Assembly: GCF_004010195.1 (NCBI RefSeq)
Contig: NC_057718.1
Span: forward strand, 94,364,617 to 94,397,246
Source of the DNA: Chiloscyllium plagiosum
Lineage: Eukaryota
Reading direction: 5' to 3'
DNA: 32,630 bases
The notes under the pieces are model-generated. The model worked only from the letters and a program-made list of their open reading frames with translations, was not told the origin of the DNA and made no database searches. Position 1 is the first letter of the stretch. Each line of letters opens with the position of its first letter. Positions 12,268-24,807 of the stretch are shown piece after piece. The position numbers and the translations under genes are program-made.

Positions 12268-13702
12268 AACCCCACTATCTCCCAATAAACAATAATAAAA
12301 CTCTGCAGAGTATCAGATTTTAAAACATGGCTAAGAAACTATTAAAGTCAGGAAAGAACATATCTCACTAACTGTCTCGATGTTTTTCTCCAATATCCCC
12401 ACAGTAGCTGCTGGTATTTGAGTTTCTTACTGCTGCATTTACTCTGTAATTGTAACTAGGCTGATTCTCTGGAGACAGTGAGGTTGGTTTGGAATTCTCC
12501 CTCAAGAACTTTCAGTTGGCAGTAGAGTTCTAGAAGAGTTCTCTTGAACCTTCAAACCAACAGTTCAGCTATGAATATGATGTTTCAAAGACAGAAAGAG
12601 AGGGATAAGACTCTTTACCTTCTGTACCGTGGCATTGCCATGGCAGTGTTACTCTCTACGAATCCAAAATCCAGTGGGGGTTTTTTCTGTATTTTTGATT
12701 ATGAACTATTTTCAGGCCAATTATGATTGAAGGTTTGCTGCACTTTTAAAAGCAATTTACTGGACACTCATTGTAAGCGATGTTTACACAGCTTCTTACT
12801 CAAAAATTTGGGAAAGTCTCTTTACAGATGAATTGGGGCTAAGCTCTGGTAATTTGACTAGCAAAAGGCAACTGGTTGGTCTGTGGTATGGTGACCAGTA
12901 CTAATGACAAAACCCTCTTATGTGATTGACTCCGAAGAAGATGAGCAGCTTGTTGGTGTGAATGTTGGGAGAGAAGCCATTAGAAACAAGAGCTCTCTCT
13001 TTCTGTACGGTATAACACACCTCAAACCTGAAGAAAGCCAGTTAATTTTTCCTTTATCAGTTGCTATAAGCTGCGTTTTTTTTAAATCAGTAAATCAGAG
13101 ACTTCATAAGTGTAAACCAGTCACCCTCTGCCTCCTGCAAGCAAGTGAAAGTATCTGGAGAAGGAAGAAGCAGTGTATTGACAAGCCCAAAGGATCATCT
13201 CAGCAAACTCCAATCTTTTCCTCCATTCATAACACCAATGTTTCTTCATGTGTTTGCACAGGGGGTGTTTGTAAAGGGATTAGAGATTTTACTGATGGAG
13301 CTATACTTGGAAGGTTCATAATTGTTTACTTGCACCTAGAATCCATCTATTTGTAATAAACAGTAATCATTATTAAGGACAGAAATCTAGTCTGAGCTGC
13401 CCGTAAACCTGGGTCATAAGGACAGGAAAGTCAGGTAACTTTTCAGAGTTTTACAAAATCGTTACCTTTTGTGAACACTCCAGGAACACTGGGGCTTTGT
13501 TTCCAGCATGCTATCCCTCCAGTGAGGTACAACAATACCTTCATATGGGCCATGTGAATATCATCAAAATCTTACTTGAGCAGCTTGCTTTCTTCACAAA
13601 TGCAACATTTTTGCAGCTGAAGCAACTTTGAAGTGAGTTCTTGTCAAAGGCAAATGGGACTGGACTCATTTAGGATACTGGTCGGCATGGACGAGTTGGA
13701 CT

Positions 13703-14316
13703 GAATTGAATTGAATTTATTGTTGTGTACCGAGGCACAGTGAAAGGCTTTATCTTGCGAGCAACACAGGCAGATCACAGAGTTAAATAGCATAGATAAG
13801 TAAATAATAGGTAAACAGCGGCAAAACAAAAACACAGGTACAGGCGAATGTTCAGAGTTTGAGAGTCCATTCAGTATTCTAACAACAGTAGGGTAGAAAC
13901 CTTTACGAAACCGGCTGGTGCGTGTGTTTAGGCTTCTGTACCTTCTCCCCGATGGTAGACGTTGTAGGAAAACATTGCCAGGGTGGGATGGATCTTTGAG
14001 AATGCTGGCGGCCTTTCCTTGACAGGTAGATGGATTCTATAGATGGCAGGTTGGCCTTTGTGATTGTCTGGGCCGAGTTCACCACTTTCTGTAACCATCT
14101 CCGATCTTGAAGGTACAGTTGCATACCAGGTAGTGATACATCCAGACAAGAATGATCTCGTTGGCACACCTATAAAATTTGGCAAGGGTATTTGCCGTCA
14201 TGCCAAATTTCCTCAGCTGCCTGAGGAAGAAGAGACTTTGTTGGGCCTTTGTAACCAGTGCGTCCACATGAGGAGTCCAAGAAAGCTTGTTATGGATAAC
14301 CATTCCCAGGAGTTTG
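13703..14316 (-). mobile_element. Rex1/Babar-type LINE 3' fragment inserted in a CR1 3' tail
   Basis: KLLGMVIHNKLSWTPHVDALVTKAQQSLFFLRQLRKFG...FYRC and LSGCITTWY motifs; (TTCAA)n tail at ~13703-13716. Flanks GGCATGGACGAGTTGGACT and AGGGCCTGTTTCCGTACTGTA rejoin into a CR1 tail. Confidence 0.8.
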
Positions 14317-15184
14317 AGGGCCTGTTTCCGTACTGTACATCTCAATGACTCTGTGACTGTAAATAGATATCCAGCAATGAAGAACTGATGACATTATAAA
14401 TTAATATTCTAGACAACACAAAAGTGAGCTGATCAGCCTTTTCCTGTATACTGTCCCATCAATGTCAGCCTTACCTTCTGGCCTGGTTGCAATCCACTTC
14501 TGCCAAGTGACTCACTTTGTGCTGGCCAAGTTTCTAACAGCCTCTGAACTCTGTGCAGTGCCCATATCTGAGCCAGTGGTTAAGTATCAGAATTTCTTCT
14601 TGTCTACTCATGCTCATAGCTTTCACTGTGAGTACGTTTTTAGGTGCTGGGAAGCACAAATGTCGAAAGGGACGGTTGGGATGAGAAACAGGAAATCAAT
14701 GATCAGGTTCACAATATCCACCAGTGTCCCCATTCCTTGAGTCTTATTTGTACCTTGGTGGCTGTATTCTAAGCATAACAAATTCATTTTCTGCTTTTCA
14801 CTCCTATCATTTACATCTATTTTATACCTCAATTGCTCCTTTGCCACCATTATCACTGCCATTGTCTTTTGCTCATCATCTGTTTCACCCATTGCTTCTC
14901 CCTGTCTGTCAACATCACAAATCCACCATTTTTCAGTTCCTTGCATTCTGAACAGGAATCATATTGGATTCAAAACACTAACTTGGTTTCTCTCTCCACA
15001 GATGTTCCCAGTCTTGCTGTGTTTCTTCAGCATTTTTGTTTTTAAGTGCACCACCATTGGCATTGCCATGTTATCCTTTATGCCACCTTTCACAATGAAA
15101 ATGAAACGGATTTCAGAAGGTGTATAAAGCAAGAACAAAAGGTATTTAGCATATTTGCCTTCATTGCTCCATTCTTTGATTATG

Positions 15185-16040
15185 GGAGTTGGGGCATCAT
15201 GTTGAGGTGAGGCCTCTTCTGGAGTACTGTGTGCAGTTCTGGTCACCCTGTTACAGGATGGATATTATTAAGCTGGAGAGGGTTTAGAAGAGATTTACCA
15301 GGATGTTGCTGGGTATGGAAGGTTTTGATTTATAAAGAAAAGCTGGATAGGCTGGGACTTTTTTCACAGCAGCATAGGAGGTTGAGAGGTGACTTTATAG
15401 AGGTTTATAAAACCATGAGGAGTATAGACAGGTTAACAGTAGGTATCTTTTCTCCAGGCTGCAGGACATCAAGACGAGGGTGCCTATTTTTAAGGTGAGA
15501 GGAGAGAGATTTTAAAAAGTCATGAGATCATAGAATTCCTACAGTGTGGAAACTGGCTATTTGGCCCAACAAGACCACACCGATCCTCCGAAGAGTATCC
15601 CACCCAGACCCATTCCTTTACATTTACGTCTAGCTTTTGCATCTAACCTACACATGCTTGAACACGATGGCCAATTCACCTAACCTGCACATCTTTTGGA
15701 TTGTGGGAGGAAACCCAAGCAGACCTAGAGAGAATGTGCAAACTCCACACAGACTGTCACTTGAGGCTGGAATCGAACCCAGGTCCCTGGCGCTGTGAAG
15801 CAGCAGTGCTAATTGTGCCATCCTCAAGGCAAATGTTTTACACAGAGGGTAGCTCACGAGTGGAATGAACTTCCTGAGGAAGTGGTGGATGGGGGCGCAG
15901 TTACTTTAAAAAAATAAATACAAGAATAGGAAAGGTTTAGAGGGCTATGGGTCAGGAGCAGGCAGGTGGGACTAGTTTGGGATTATGTTTGGCATGGACT
16001 GTTTGGACTGGAGGGTCTGTTTCCATGCTGTATGACTCTA
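15185..16040 (+). mobile_element. CR1 LINE 3' fragment interrupted by an HE1 SINE
   Basis: RPLLEYCVQFWSP and YKEKLDRLGLFS..RRLRGDFIEVYK motifs. The element resumes after 15823 with FYTEG..WNELPEEVV and a tail. Confidence 0.85.
15527..15823 (-). mobile_element. HE1-type V-SINE
   Basis: Reverse complement of the 9705 element (AATGTGCAAACTCCACACAGAC; GGAATCGAACCCAGGTCCCTGGCGCTGTGA). Confidence 0.85.
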
Positions 16041-16200
16041 AGTGTTGCACAGCCTCAGTCAACACTGCACCCAGACCTTGCATCAATTCTTCAAGGGACA
16101 AAGGTGATGTGGGCAGGCATGTCATCCATCTGAACCCCTTGTCTTTCTTCTGTTAAAAGTGACTTTGTCCTGCAAATGAGAAGAATCAGCGAGTGCGTTT

Positions 16201-18943
16201 TAAGACCATAAGACCATAAGACATAGGAGTGGAAGTAAGGCCATTCGGCCCATCGAGTCCACTCCACCATTCAATCATGGCTGATGGGCATTTCAACTCC
16301 ACTTACCCGCATTCTCCCCGTAGCCCTTACTTCCTCGTGACATCAAGAATTTATCAATCTCTGCCTTGAAGACATTTAGTGTCCCGGCCTCCACTGCACC
16401 CTGCGGCAATGAATTCCACAGGCCCACTACTCTCTGGCTGAAGAAATGTCTCCGCATTTCTATTCTGAATTTACCCCCTCTAATTCTAAGGCTGTGCCCA
16501 CGGGTCCTAGTCTCCTCGCCTCACGGAAACAATTTCCTAGCGCCACCCTTTCCAAGCCATGTATTATCTTGTAAGTTTCTATTAGATCTCCCCTTAATCT
16601 TCTAAACTCCAATGAATACAATCCCAGGATCCTCAGCCGTTCCTCATATGTTAGACCTACCATTCCAGAGATCATCCGTGTGAATCTCCGCTGGACACGC
16701 TCCAGTATCAGTATGTCCTTCCTGAGGTGTGGGGACCAAAATTAGACACAATTATGGGGCCTAACCAGAGCTTTATAAAGTCTCAGTAGCACAACAGTGC
16801 TTTTATATTCCAACCCTCTTGAGATAAATGAAAACATTGCATTCGCTTTCTTAATCACGGACTCAACCTGCATGTTTACCTTTAGAGAATCCTCGACTAT
16901 CACTCACAGATCGCTTTGTACTTTGGCTTTATGAATTTTCTCACCGTTTAGAAAGTAGTCCATGCTTGTATTCTTTTTTCCAAAGTGCAAGACCTCGCAT
17001 TTGCTCACATTGAATTCCATCAGCCATTTCCTGGACCACTCTCCCAAACTGTCTAGATCCTTCTGCAGCCTCCCCACTTCCTCAGTACTACCTGCCTGTC
17101 CACCTAACTTCATACTATCGGCAAACTTCGCTAGAATGCCCCCAGTCCCTTCATCCAGATCATTAATATATAATGTGAACAGCTGCGGCCCCAACACTGA
17201 GCCCTGTGGGACACTGCCTGTCACCGGCTGCCATTCCGAAAAAGAATCTTTTATTCCAACTCTCTGCCTTCTGTCAGACAGCCAATCCTTAATCCATTCC
17301 AGTAGCTCACCTCGAACACCATGGGCCCTCACCTTGCTCAGCAGCCTCTCGTGTGGCACCTTATCAAAGGCCTTTTGGAAGTCTAGATAGACCACATCCA
17401 CTGGGTTTCCCTGGTCTAATCTACTTGTCACCTCTTCAAAGAATTCCAACAGGTTTGTCAGGCACGACCACCCCTTGCACTTTCTCTTTTGTAATGGCAA
17501 CCACACTCAACTCAGCCCTCTGATTCCCTTTAATTGTTGGGATATTACTCATGTCTTCCACTGTGAAAACTGACGCAAAGTACTTGTTAAGTTCTCCTGC
17601 TATTTCCTTATCTCCCATCGCTAGGCTTCCAGCATCAGTTTGAAGTGGCCCAATGTCTACTTTTGCCTGTCGTTTGTTTCTTATGTATTGGAATAAACTT
17701 TTACTATCATTTCTAATATTACTGGCTAGCCTACCTTCATATTTGATTCTCTCCTTCCTTATTTCTCTCTTTGTTATCCTCTGTTTGTTTTTGTAGCCCT
17801 CCCAATCTTCTGATTTCCCAATGCTCTTGGCCACTTTATAGGATTTCTCTTTTTCTTTAATACATTTCCTGACTTCCTTTGTCAGCCATGGCTGTCTAAT
17901 CCCTCCCCGGATAATCTTTCTCTTCTTGGGGATGAACCTCTGTACAGTGTCCTCAATTTTACCCACAAACACCTGCCATTTTTGCTCTACTGTCTTTCCC
18001 GCTAGGCTCTGCTTCCAGTCTATTTTTGTCGGTTCCTCTCTCATGCCCTCATAATTACCTTTATTTAACTGTAACACCATTACAACCGATTTTGCCTTCT
18101 CTCTTTCAAACTGCAGACTGAAGTCTATCATATTATGATCGCTGCTTCCTAAGTGTTCCCTTTCTTTAAGATTTTTTATAAAGTCTGGCTCATTACAAAG
18201 CACTAGGTCCAGAATAGCCTGCTCCCTTGTGGGCTCCATGACAAGCTGTTCCAAAAAGACATCCTGTAAGCATTCCCTTTCTTTGGATCCACTGGCAACA
18301 TTATTTACCCAGTCCACCTGCATATTGAAGTCTCCCATGATCACCGTGACCTTGCCTTTCTGACATGCCTTCTCTATTTCCCGGTACATGTTGCGCCCCT
18401 GGTCCTGACCACTGTTAGGAGGTCTGTAAATAACTCCCATTATGGTTTTTTTGCCTTTGTGGTTCCTCAATTCATTATGGTTTTTTTGCCTTTGTGGTTC
18501 CTCAATTCCACCCACACAGACTCCACATCATTCAGTTGCATAGATTTAATTTTGTTCTTAACTAACAAGGCAACCCTGCCCCCTCTGCCCGCCTCCCTGT
18601 CTTTTCGATAAGTTGAAAATCCTTGGATGTTTAACTGCCAGTCCTGACCCCCCTGTAACCACGTCACTGTGATGCCTACCACATCATAATCATTCACGAT
18701 GATCTGTGCCATTAGTTCATCTGCTTTGTTACGAATGCTACAAGCATTCTGGTAAAGTGCCTTAATGCTAACTTTCTTATCATTAAAAATATTGGAAGTC
18801 ATAAGATGTCCTAAATTATCCTTCCTTTTTGCTGCATTCCCAGTCTGCCTCAAGTTTAAATCCGCCTGCATACATGCTATCCTGCTGCTTATCTTTCCAT
18901 TTAACTCCATACTCCCTGTCGCATTCACTTTCCCTTTCCCCCA
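16201..18943 (-). mobile_element. Decayed CR1 LINE ORF2 (APE endonuclease + RT) with internal deletions
   Basis: APE motifs (LYQNACSIRNK, GITVTWL, YRPP, GDFN, LDLVL, SDH) and RT motifs (YLDFQKAFDKVPH, VPQGSVLGP, FADS for FADD). C-terminal RRLRGDLIETYK and a (TCTTATGG)n tail at 16201. Deletion junctions near 17470 and 16540; 35-bp duplication at 18438-18507. Confidence 0.95.
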
Positions 18944-19109
18944 TGTGTTTTGGTGATGTGCCAACCAGAGCAAAGTGCATGTGGAAGCTTTGAGTGAATG
19001 TGAGGCTTGTGCAAAGTGCAAAGGCGTGCATGACACCTAAGTGTTAGTGGTTGCTGATGGGGATGTGGTGCATTGAGTGGCACGTGAGGCAAGTCTGAGA
19101 TGGCATTTA

Positions 19110-19353
19110 AAGATGCATTCACTGACCTTTACCATTCATTTGAGGCCATTAAAATGTTTATGGTACACAGCCAGTCCTTCGCACTAAACTATTTGAATTA
19201 GTTACCTACTCACATTTCTGTCAGAGTGTATGTGAGTCTCACATGTCTCTCTGCAGAAAATAATAGTCTCTCCCCTCCACTGATTCCTGAACTAATGCCT
19301 CTTAGTGTTCAATTAGCGAAGGTGGGAGGCCTCTCTCTCACTTGCTGCTCCAT
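19110..19353 (-). pseudogene. Degenerate Myb/SANT-like DNA-binding ORF remnant (Harbinger/PIF-type accessory gene)
   Basis: Manual minus-strand translation across stops and frameshifts: MEQQVRERPPTFAN..ALVQE.VEGRD...NSNSLVRRT...FNGL..MVK, followed by GTCAGT. This resembles the recalled R.PRFS...LE.LV..V...W..VA..VN.....RT..QC.KKFNDL pattern. Confidence 0.45.
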
Positions 19354-21489
19354 TGATACATTATATTCCCTTTAAAGAAAACACTGGAAAGAGCTCCAAG
19401 CCCTGCTGTAGCCAGAAAATGTCTCTCCTTTAAGAAGTACAGACTACCTCGTACTCATACTAACCTCTCAAGCACTTCGGCTACCCACTGAGCTCACGGT
19501 CTCGCATACATCTAGTACTGGGCTGTATATCACAATAACGAACAGGCAGTATGATGCTCACATGCTGTGTGTTTCACCTGCAAAGTGACCCTATCAAATC
19601 TTTAGCCCAGCGTCTTTGACAATTCACACACAGGACCATAATGTCAAATTTCTGAAGTAAATAACATTTGACTGCCAACCTTCTGTGAATAGTAAGACAT
19701 GGAATGTCTTACCATGACAAAACAGACAAACCCTTTATGCATCACAGTAACTAATTTGCATTTTATGCCACTGTTTTGCACATCAGCTTTCTCATCAGCA
19801 TTAAGAGTTGTAAGAAGTGCAACAGAAGGATCATCTGGTACATTGCAATACCTTCTCTTAATCATGGCAATGTATAATGTTGTTTGTATTAAACATTATT
19901 TGCATTTATAATACCTTTCACTTCCTTTTAAAAAGTTTTCATATCAGAGTTTTGTTAGATATGAAGTTTTTTGAATATAATTACAATTGTGGTGCAATAC
20001 CTAGTATTTTAAAATTAGCTATAATTCTAAGTTCAAGACAAACTGGTTTCTCCTGGAAGGCTTAGATGTAGTTTACTGTAAAAATACACGTCATTGTATA
20101 AAAATCAATAAAATGTTTACACACTAAAATCACACACATTAGTTAATACCTTCAGTCAAAATTATGAATAAAATAATTTCAAATAAAACATTTGTGTTTA
20201 TCCATTATTAACTCCAATGTCATCTTATTTTTTAAGATGATTGCTTTTTTCAACCTCCCAAAAGAGATTTATATTCTTCTACTAGAAATGAAAATTATTA
20301 TATTCAGCAAGTATGACAGTGTTATGTGCTGTTATCGGGTGCCTTCAGTCTGGAGTTTACGATTTAACTAACCCTTATTATGATTAATGTCATCACTGAC
20401 ATTTCCCCATGCATGTTGACTGCTCAAACACAGATAGTGTACACTCACTCTGCGAACAAAGACCCTTCAACCTCCTGTGCATAAATAAGTAGCTCTCTAA
20501 GATATTCAGCATAATCTGACATCATGACTCACTCAAAATCTTCAATGATACACAACACACAAGCAGATTATAATAAAACCCCAAACCTGGAAATCCAATG
20601 TTTAAATGTAACAGGGATTACAGACATTGTATATATACCACAGAAATGAGTCATTCTGATCAACAAGCCCATGATGATAATTAAGCTCCCATGTTTCCTC
20701 ATCTGAATCCATCATTCTCCCTCAAACACTTGCCTCATTTCCCCTTAATTGTATCAAGATCATTCATTTCAACCATTCCCTGTGTAGTGACTTCTCAGCT
20801 AATCACCACTTCTTTAGCAAAAGGATGTTCTCCTGAATTCTCCAGTTCTGCGCTTTTTCTGGATGCACTCTCTCAAAACCTTCCGTTGTTTTACATACCT
20901 CTATTAGGTCACTCACACAGCCTTCTTATTTATGTTCAACTCTGGTATATTCACAACTGCAGGGTAGAAATGGTGAATGATAGCCAATTAATGTACAACT
21001 AGATTAAATAACCAGAATCGGTATTGGAGAAAATATTTTTCCATTTAACAATTAGCTACACTCAGACAGCTTATTTGGCGTAGCCCCTTGGAACAACATC
21101 CGGTCTTAGTGTCCTTTTTTATTCATTCACAGTATGTGAGCATTGTGGGTTGTGCCAACATTGATTGCTGTGGTGGTTGCCATGAGTGGTGTTCTTGAAC
21201 CGCCATAGTCCATTTGATGTAGATTCACTCAACACCCACTGGGAGGGCGTTCCATGAATTTGACCGAGTGGCCCTGAAGGAACGATGATATATTTCCATG
21301 TCAGGATACTGAATGATTTGGAGGGAAAGTTGCAGGTGACGTTTTCCTGTACATCTGCTGCCCTTGTCCTTTGAATGTGGGAGGCTGTTGCACTGCAACT
21401 ACCATAGATTTCTGGCTGACCAGGAAACTCTCCCACTCAAACCACCTGCCAGGGATGCACTGGAAGCGTTTACGGGTCAATAGGCAACA

Positions 21490-21665
21490 TAGAAGCAAAA
21501 CACTGAGGATGCTGGAAATCTGAAACAAAAGCAGATTATGCTGGAGAAACCTAGCAAGTCTGACAGCATCTGTGGAGAGAAATAGAGTTAACATTTTGAG
21601 TGTGGTATGACTCTTCTTCAGAACTGCTGCCAGATCTGCTGACTTTCACCAGCATTCCCTGTGTT
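21490..21665 (-). mobile_element. Older Penelope-like pLTR remnant (relatives at ~7345-7440, 8790-8965, 9062-9180, 10320-10440, 14940-15045, 27683-27870)
   Basis: GATGCTGGAAATCTGAAAC...GCTGGAGAAAC..AGCA.GTCTG.CAGCATCTGTGGAGAGA...TCTTCTTCAGAA (minus strand CTGAAGA hammerhead-like box), with a short inverted arm at 21625-21660. Confidence 0.55.
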
Positions 21666-22816
21666 CAGTAATTAACATACTTGGGTGCGTTATTACACAC
21701 CTTCTGCATTGATTCAATTGCTGAGGGGGGGATTTGAAATATCTGACCTAGAAGCAGTGACACTATCACTGCACCACAAAACCTCCACTTGTCATTTAAG
21801 GAAAATGAAACATTTTTAAATAGATGCATTTTGGAAGCATGTCGATAATGTGTTTGTGGGTAAATAAGTGTTGCAATCTAAATGTGACCCTTACAAATGC
21901 TCATATGTTAGCAACCAAGGGTGCTCAAGAAATGTAGCTGGAATAACTTACTTACCACTAACCGATACATTGACCGAACCCAACTCCTAATTATATTCTT
22001 CTTTCCCATTATTACTCTTTTACTAATCTGGTCCACAGTAAAACATTTACTGTGAAAAATAACCTGATAATTACCAAGTCACGTGGTGATTGGCATTTAA
22101 TTCTTTGCTGTAATTAACTGTAATTAACTGATCCATTTTCAGTGAATTCACCATTCTCACAATTTCTTTTAGTTAAGGTTTATGATTAGTGTGAAACATT
22201 CGATCTCACTTGAACTTGCCAGTTTTTTTCTTAAAGACAAAAAGAAATTGAGGCCAATGTTTCTGTTAACTCATTGGTTAAATGGTTTGTGTGATATCTT
22301 GATCTTATAAGCAAGCTGAATATTTTTAATCCAAGACTAGGTCTTGACCCTTGATAGCACATATAGAGGTATCAATGATGGGATCTTGGGGAATCAGAAG
22401 ATGATTAGGTTTGTCACTATGTTAGATGGCAGTTGAACTAGCTATAAGTAAACCATTCCAGCGTTTCTATACATTTGAGTCTCTCTCCTACTACTTCCCA
22501 TTAACATAACCCTTAAGTTTGTACAAACAGAACCCAAAAGCTTATCTTTTTGAATTCATTCATGGAATGTGTGGCTCAGCTAGCATTTGTTAACCAACCC
22601 CACCAGGCCTTGAGGGGGTAGTGAGCTGCCTCCTTGAACTGTTACAGTACATCTGATTTGATACACCCAGGGAATCGTTTGGGGAGGCAGTTCAAAAAGG
22701 GTTAGCTAAGTGACAGTGAAGGTTATAATCACATTGACAAATCACCAGGAGGTGGGTTTGCAGGTGGTAGTGGCCACGTACATCTGCTTTACCTGCTTTT
22801 GGGGGAGAGAGAAAGG

Positions 22817-23358
22817 TTGTGGTGTGTGCATGTGTGTGTATGTGTGCCGTGTGTGTGCATGCGTATGTGCATGTGTGCTATGTGTGTGTTCCTGTGTGTG
22901 TCTGTATGTGTGCCGTGTGTGTGTGCCGTGTGTGGCTGTGTGTGTCTGTATGTGTGTCATGTGTGTGCGTGTGTGCCATGTGTATGTATGTGTGCCGGGT
23001 GTGTGTGTGCCTTGTGTGTNNNNNNNNNNNNNNNNNNNNNNNNNNNNNNNNNNNNNNNNNNNNNNNNNNNNNNNNNNNNNNNNNNNNNNNNNNNNTTTGT
23101 GTGCGTGCAGTATGTGTATGCCTTGTATGTGTATGGGTGCCGTGCATGTGTGTATGTGTGCCTTGTGTGTGTATGTGTGCCATGTGTATATGTGTGCCGA
23201 GTGTGTGTGTATGTGTGCCGTATGTGTGTATGTATGCCGTGTGTGTGTATGTGTGCCGTGTGTGCATCTGTATATGTGCCATGCGTGTGTGTATGTGTGA
23301 TGTGTGTGTATGTGTACAGTGTGTGTGTGTGTATGTGAGCCGTGTGTGCGTCTGTGTA
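22817..23358. repeat. Compound (TG)n microsatellite with GCC/TA interruptions, containing an assembly gap
   Basis: Continuous TGTG/TATG/TGCC units on both sides of the N run. Confidence 0.95.
23020..23095. other. Assembly gap (76 N)
   Basis: Run of n characters. Confidence 1.
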
Positions 23359-23847
23359 TAAGGAGTGTGAAAGAATAGAGATGAAGGTTTGAAAGGTGTT
23401 GTCTATGGCTTTGTCCACCACATTGGAAACCCCTCGCACATTTGGAATGTTCCAGTCGCAGGTGGAGGGTACAGTGAAAGCCAGCTGGCAGGAACCTCAG
23501 TCAGAACATCTTCAGCCTGCCACCTCAGCCAAACTCGGGCAAATCTCTTGGAGAATCTCAAAATGGAACCCAGGTGCACTTCATGATCCATCTGTCTATT
23601 GTCTGGGATTGGGGGGCAATGGGGGTCACCCCAGGATGGTTAGCTGTGATGAGGGGAAAGGTTTGAAAACAGCAAAGAAACCTTTGTTTGAGTTTCACCA
23701 TCCCACACTGGAACTGAATGCGTACAATCGAGAATCGCACCAGGTAAAGCACAGCTGGTTCTCACTGAAGTTCTCTTGATGGAAATTTCTGTGAACAAGA
23801 TCCCTTGATTTTCAGTGCAAAGTTTCCCAACTCCTCAAAGGAGGGAG

Positions 23848-24058
23848 GTGGTGGCACAGTGGTCCAGAACCCCAGGCTTATAGTTGGGGCTTGAATCCCA
23901 TCACAGAAGATGGTAGAATTTGAACTCAATACAAATCTGGAATTCAGAGTCTAATGATGATTATTAATCTATTGCCAATGATTGGAAAAATCCACCCGCT
24001 TCACTAATGTCCTTCAGGAAGCTGGCATCCTTACCTGGTCTGGCCTGTATGTGACGCA
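23848..24058 (+). mobile_element. Degenerate tRNA-derived SINE
   Basis: GGTGGCACAGTGG A-box, TTGAATCCCA B-box, body TTCACTAATGTCCTTCAGG...CCTTACCTGGTCTGGCCT. Confidence 0.55.
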
Positions 24059-24274
24059 GTTGACTATTAACTCAAAAGGCCAATCAATATCCACATCTCA
24101 TGACTGGAAATAAATGTTAACTGCCGGGCTTTCAGTGGCAAAAAATATTTAGCTGCTGAAAAGTGCAACTTGAAGTCAGGATGACTGTTTCTGAAGAAGT
24201 AAATCTCAAATAAGAATGACCTCAGGTTAAATGGGATGGGGTGGGAGGAATAATGTGAGGGTGAAGGGGACAGA

Positions 24275-24807
24275 AATCGGCGGGACTGCTGCGCGTCCAC
24301 TGAGGATTCGCAGATGGTGGCACGCACTGGAAGGGCCGAGCGGCCGCTCACTGACGGCGGGAACAACGCGGTGCCGGGACAAAATCTGACCTCCGGGGTC
24401 CCCCAACACCAGCCCGGTCTGCCGTCAATGCCCGTCGGTTGGACTGGAGTAGGTTTGAATTAAAATATAGTGGAGAGGGAGGAACTGGGAACAGGTAAAT
24501 CCGCGTGAAAGCTGAACATTTGCAAAATTTTGGACCTGGAGATACTCATTGTTGGTTTGAGGGTGCGTGCGGGTTCGGGTTTAAACAGAAGAAAAAAAAA
24601 ATCTGTGCCAACAGCTTTAAAACCTTGTGTTAGAAGGCGGTGCAGTGTTGAAAGCATCACGCAGGGCTGTAGGTAAGTCGCTGACAATTATTTACCCCCT
24701 AGCTCCTGATATTTAAGGGGAAGCGAGAGGGAGAGAGCATAGGAGGTGCAGTATACATAGAGAGAGAAAGACCCAGACATAGACAGGCACACAGTATTAC
24801 TGTGAGT
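24275..24807 (+). promoter_or_regulatory. Candidate promoter / non-coding first exon of the receptor gene
   Basis: CpG-rich patch at 24275-24445, strong donor AG|GTAAGT (GT at 24673), TATA-like TATTTAA at 24710-24716 and a second donor GTGAGT at 24802. Matching acceptor-like TTTCTTTGGACAG| ends at 25565 and 25663. Confidence 0.4.

Noticed and set aside
12904..13356. 150-aa ORF in apparently unique DNA
   Set aside because: No recognisable domain, codon bias or exon context.
22710..23439. Cys/Val- and His/Thr-rich ORFs
   Set aside because: Translations of a TG microsatellite spanning an N gap.
23389..23779. Short ORFs downstream of the TG repeat, possibly a retroelement remnant
   Set aside because: I could not match any motif confidently.
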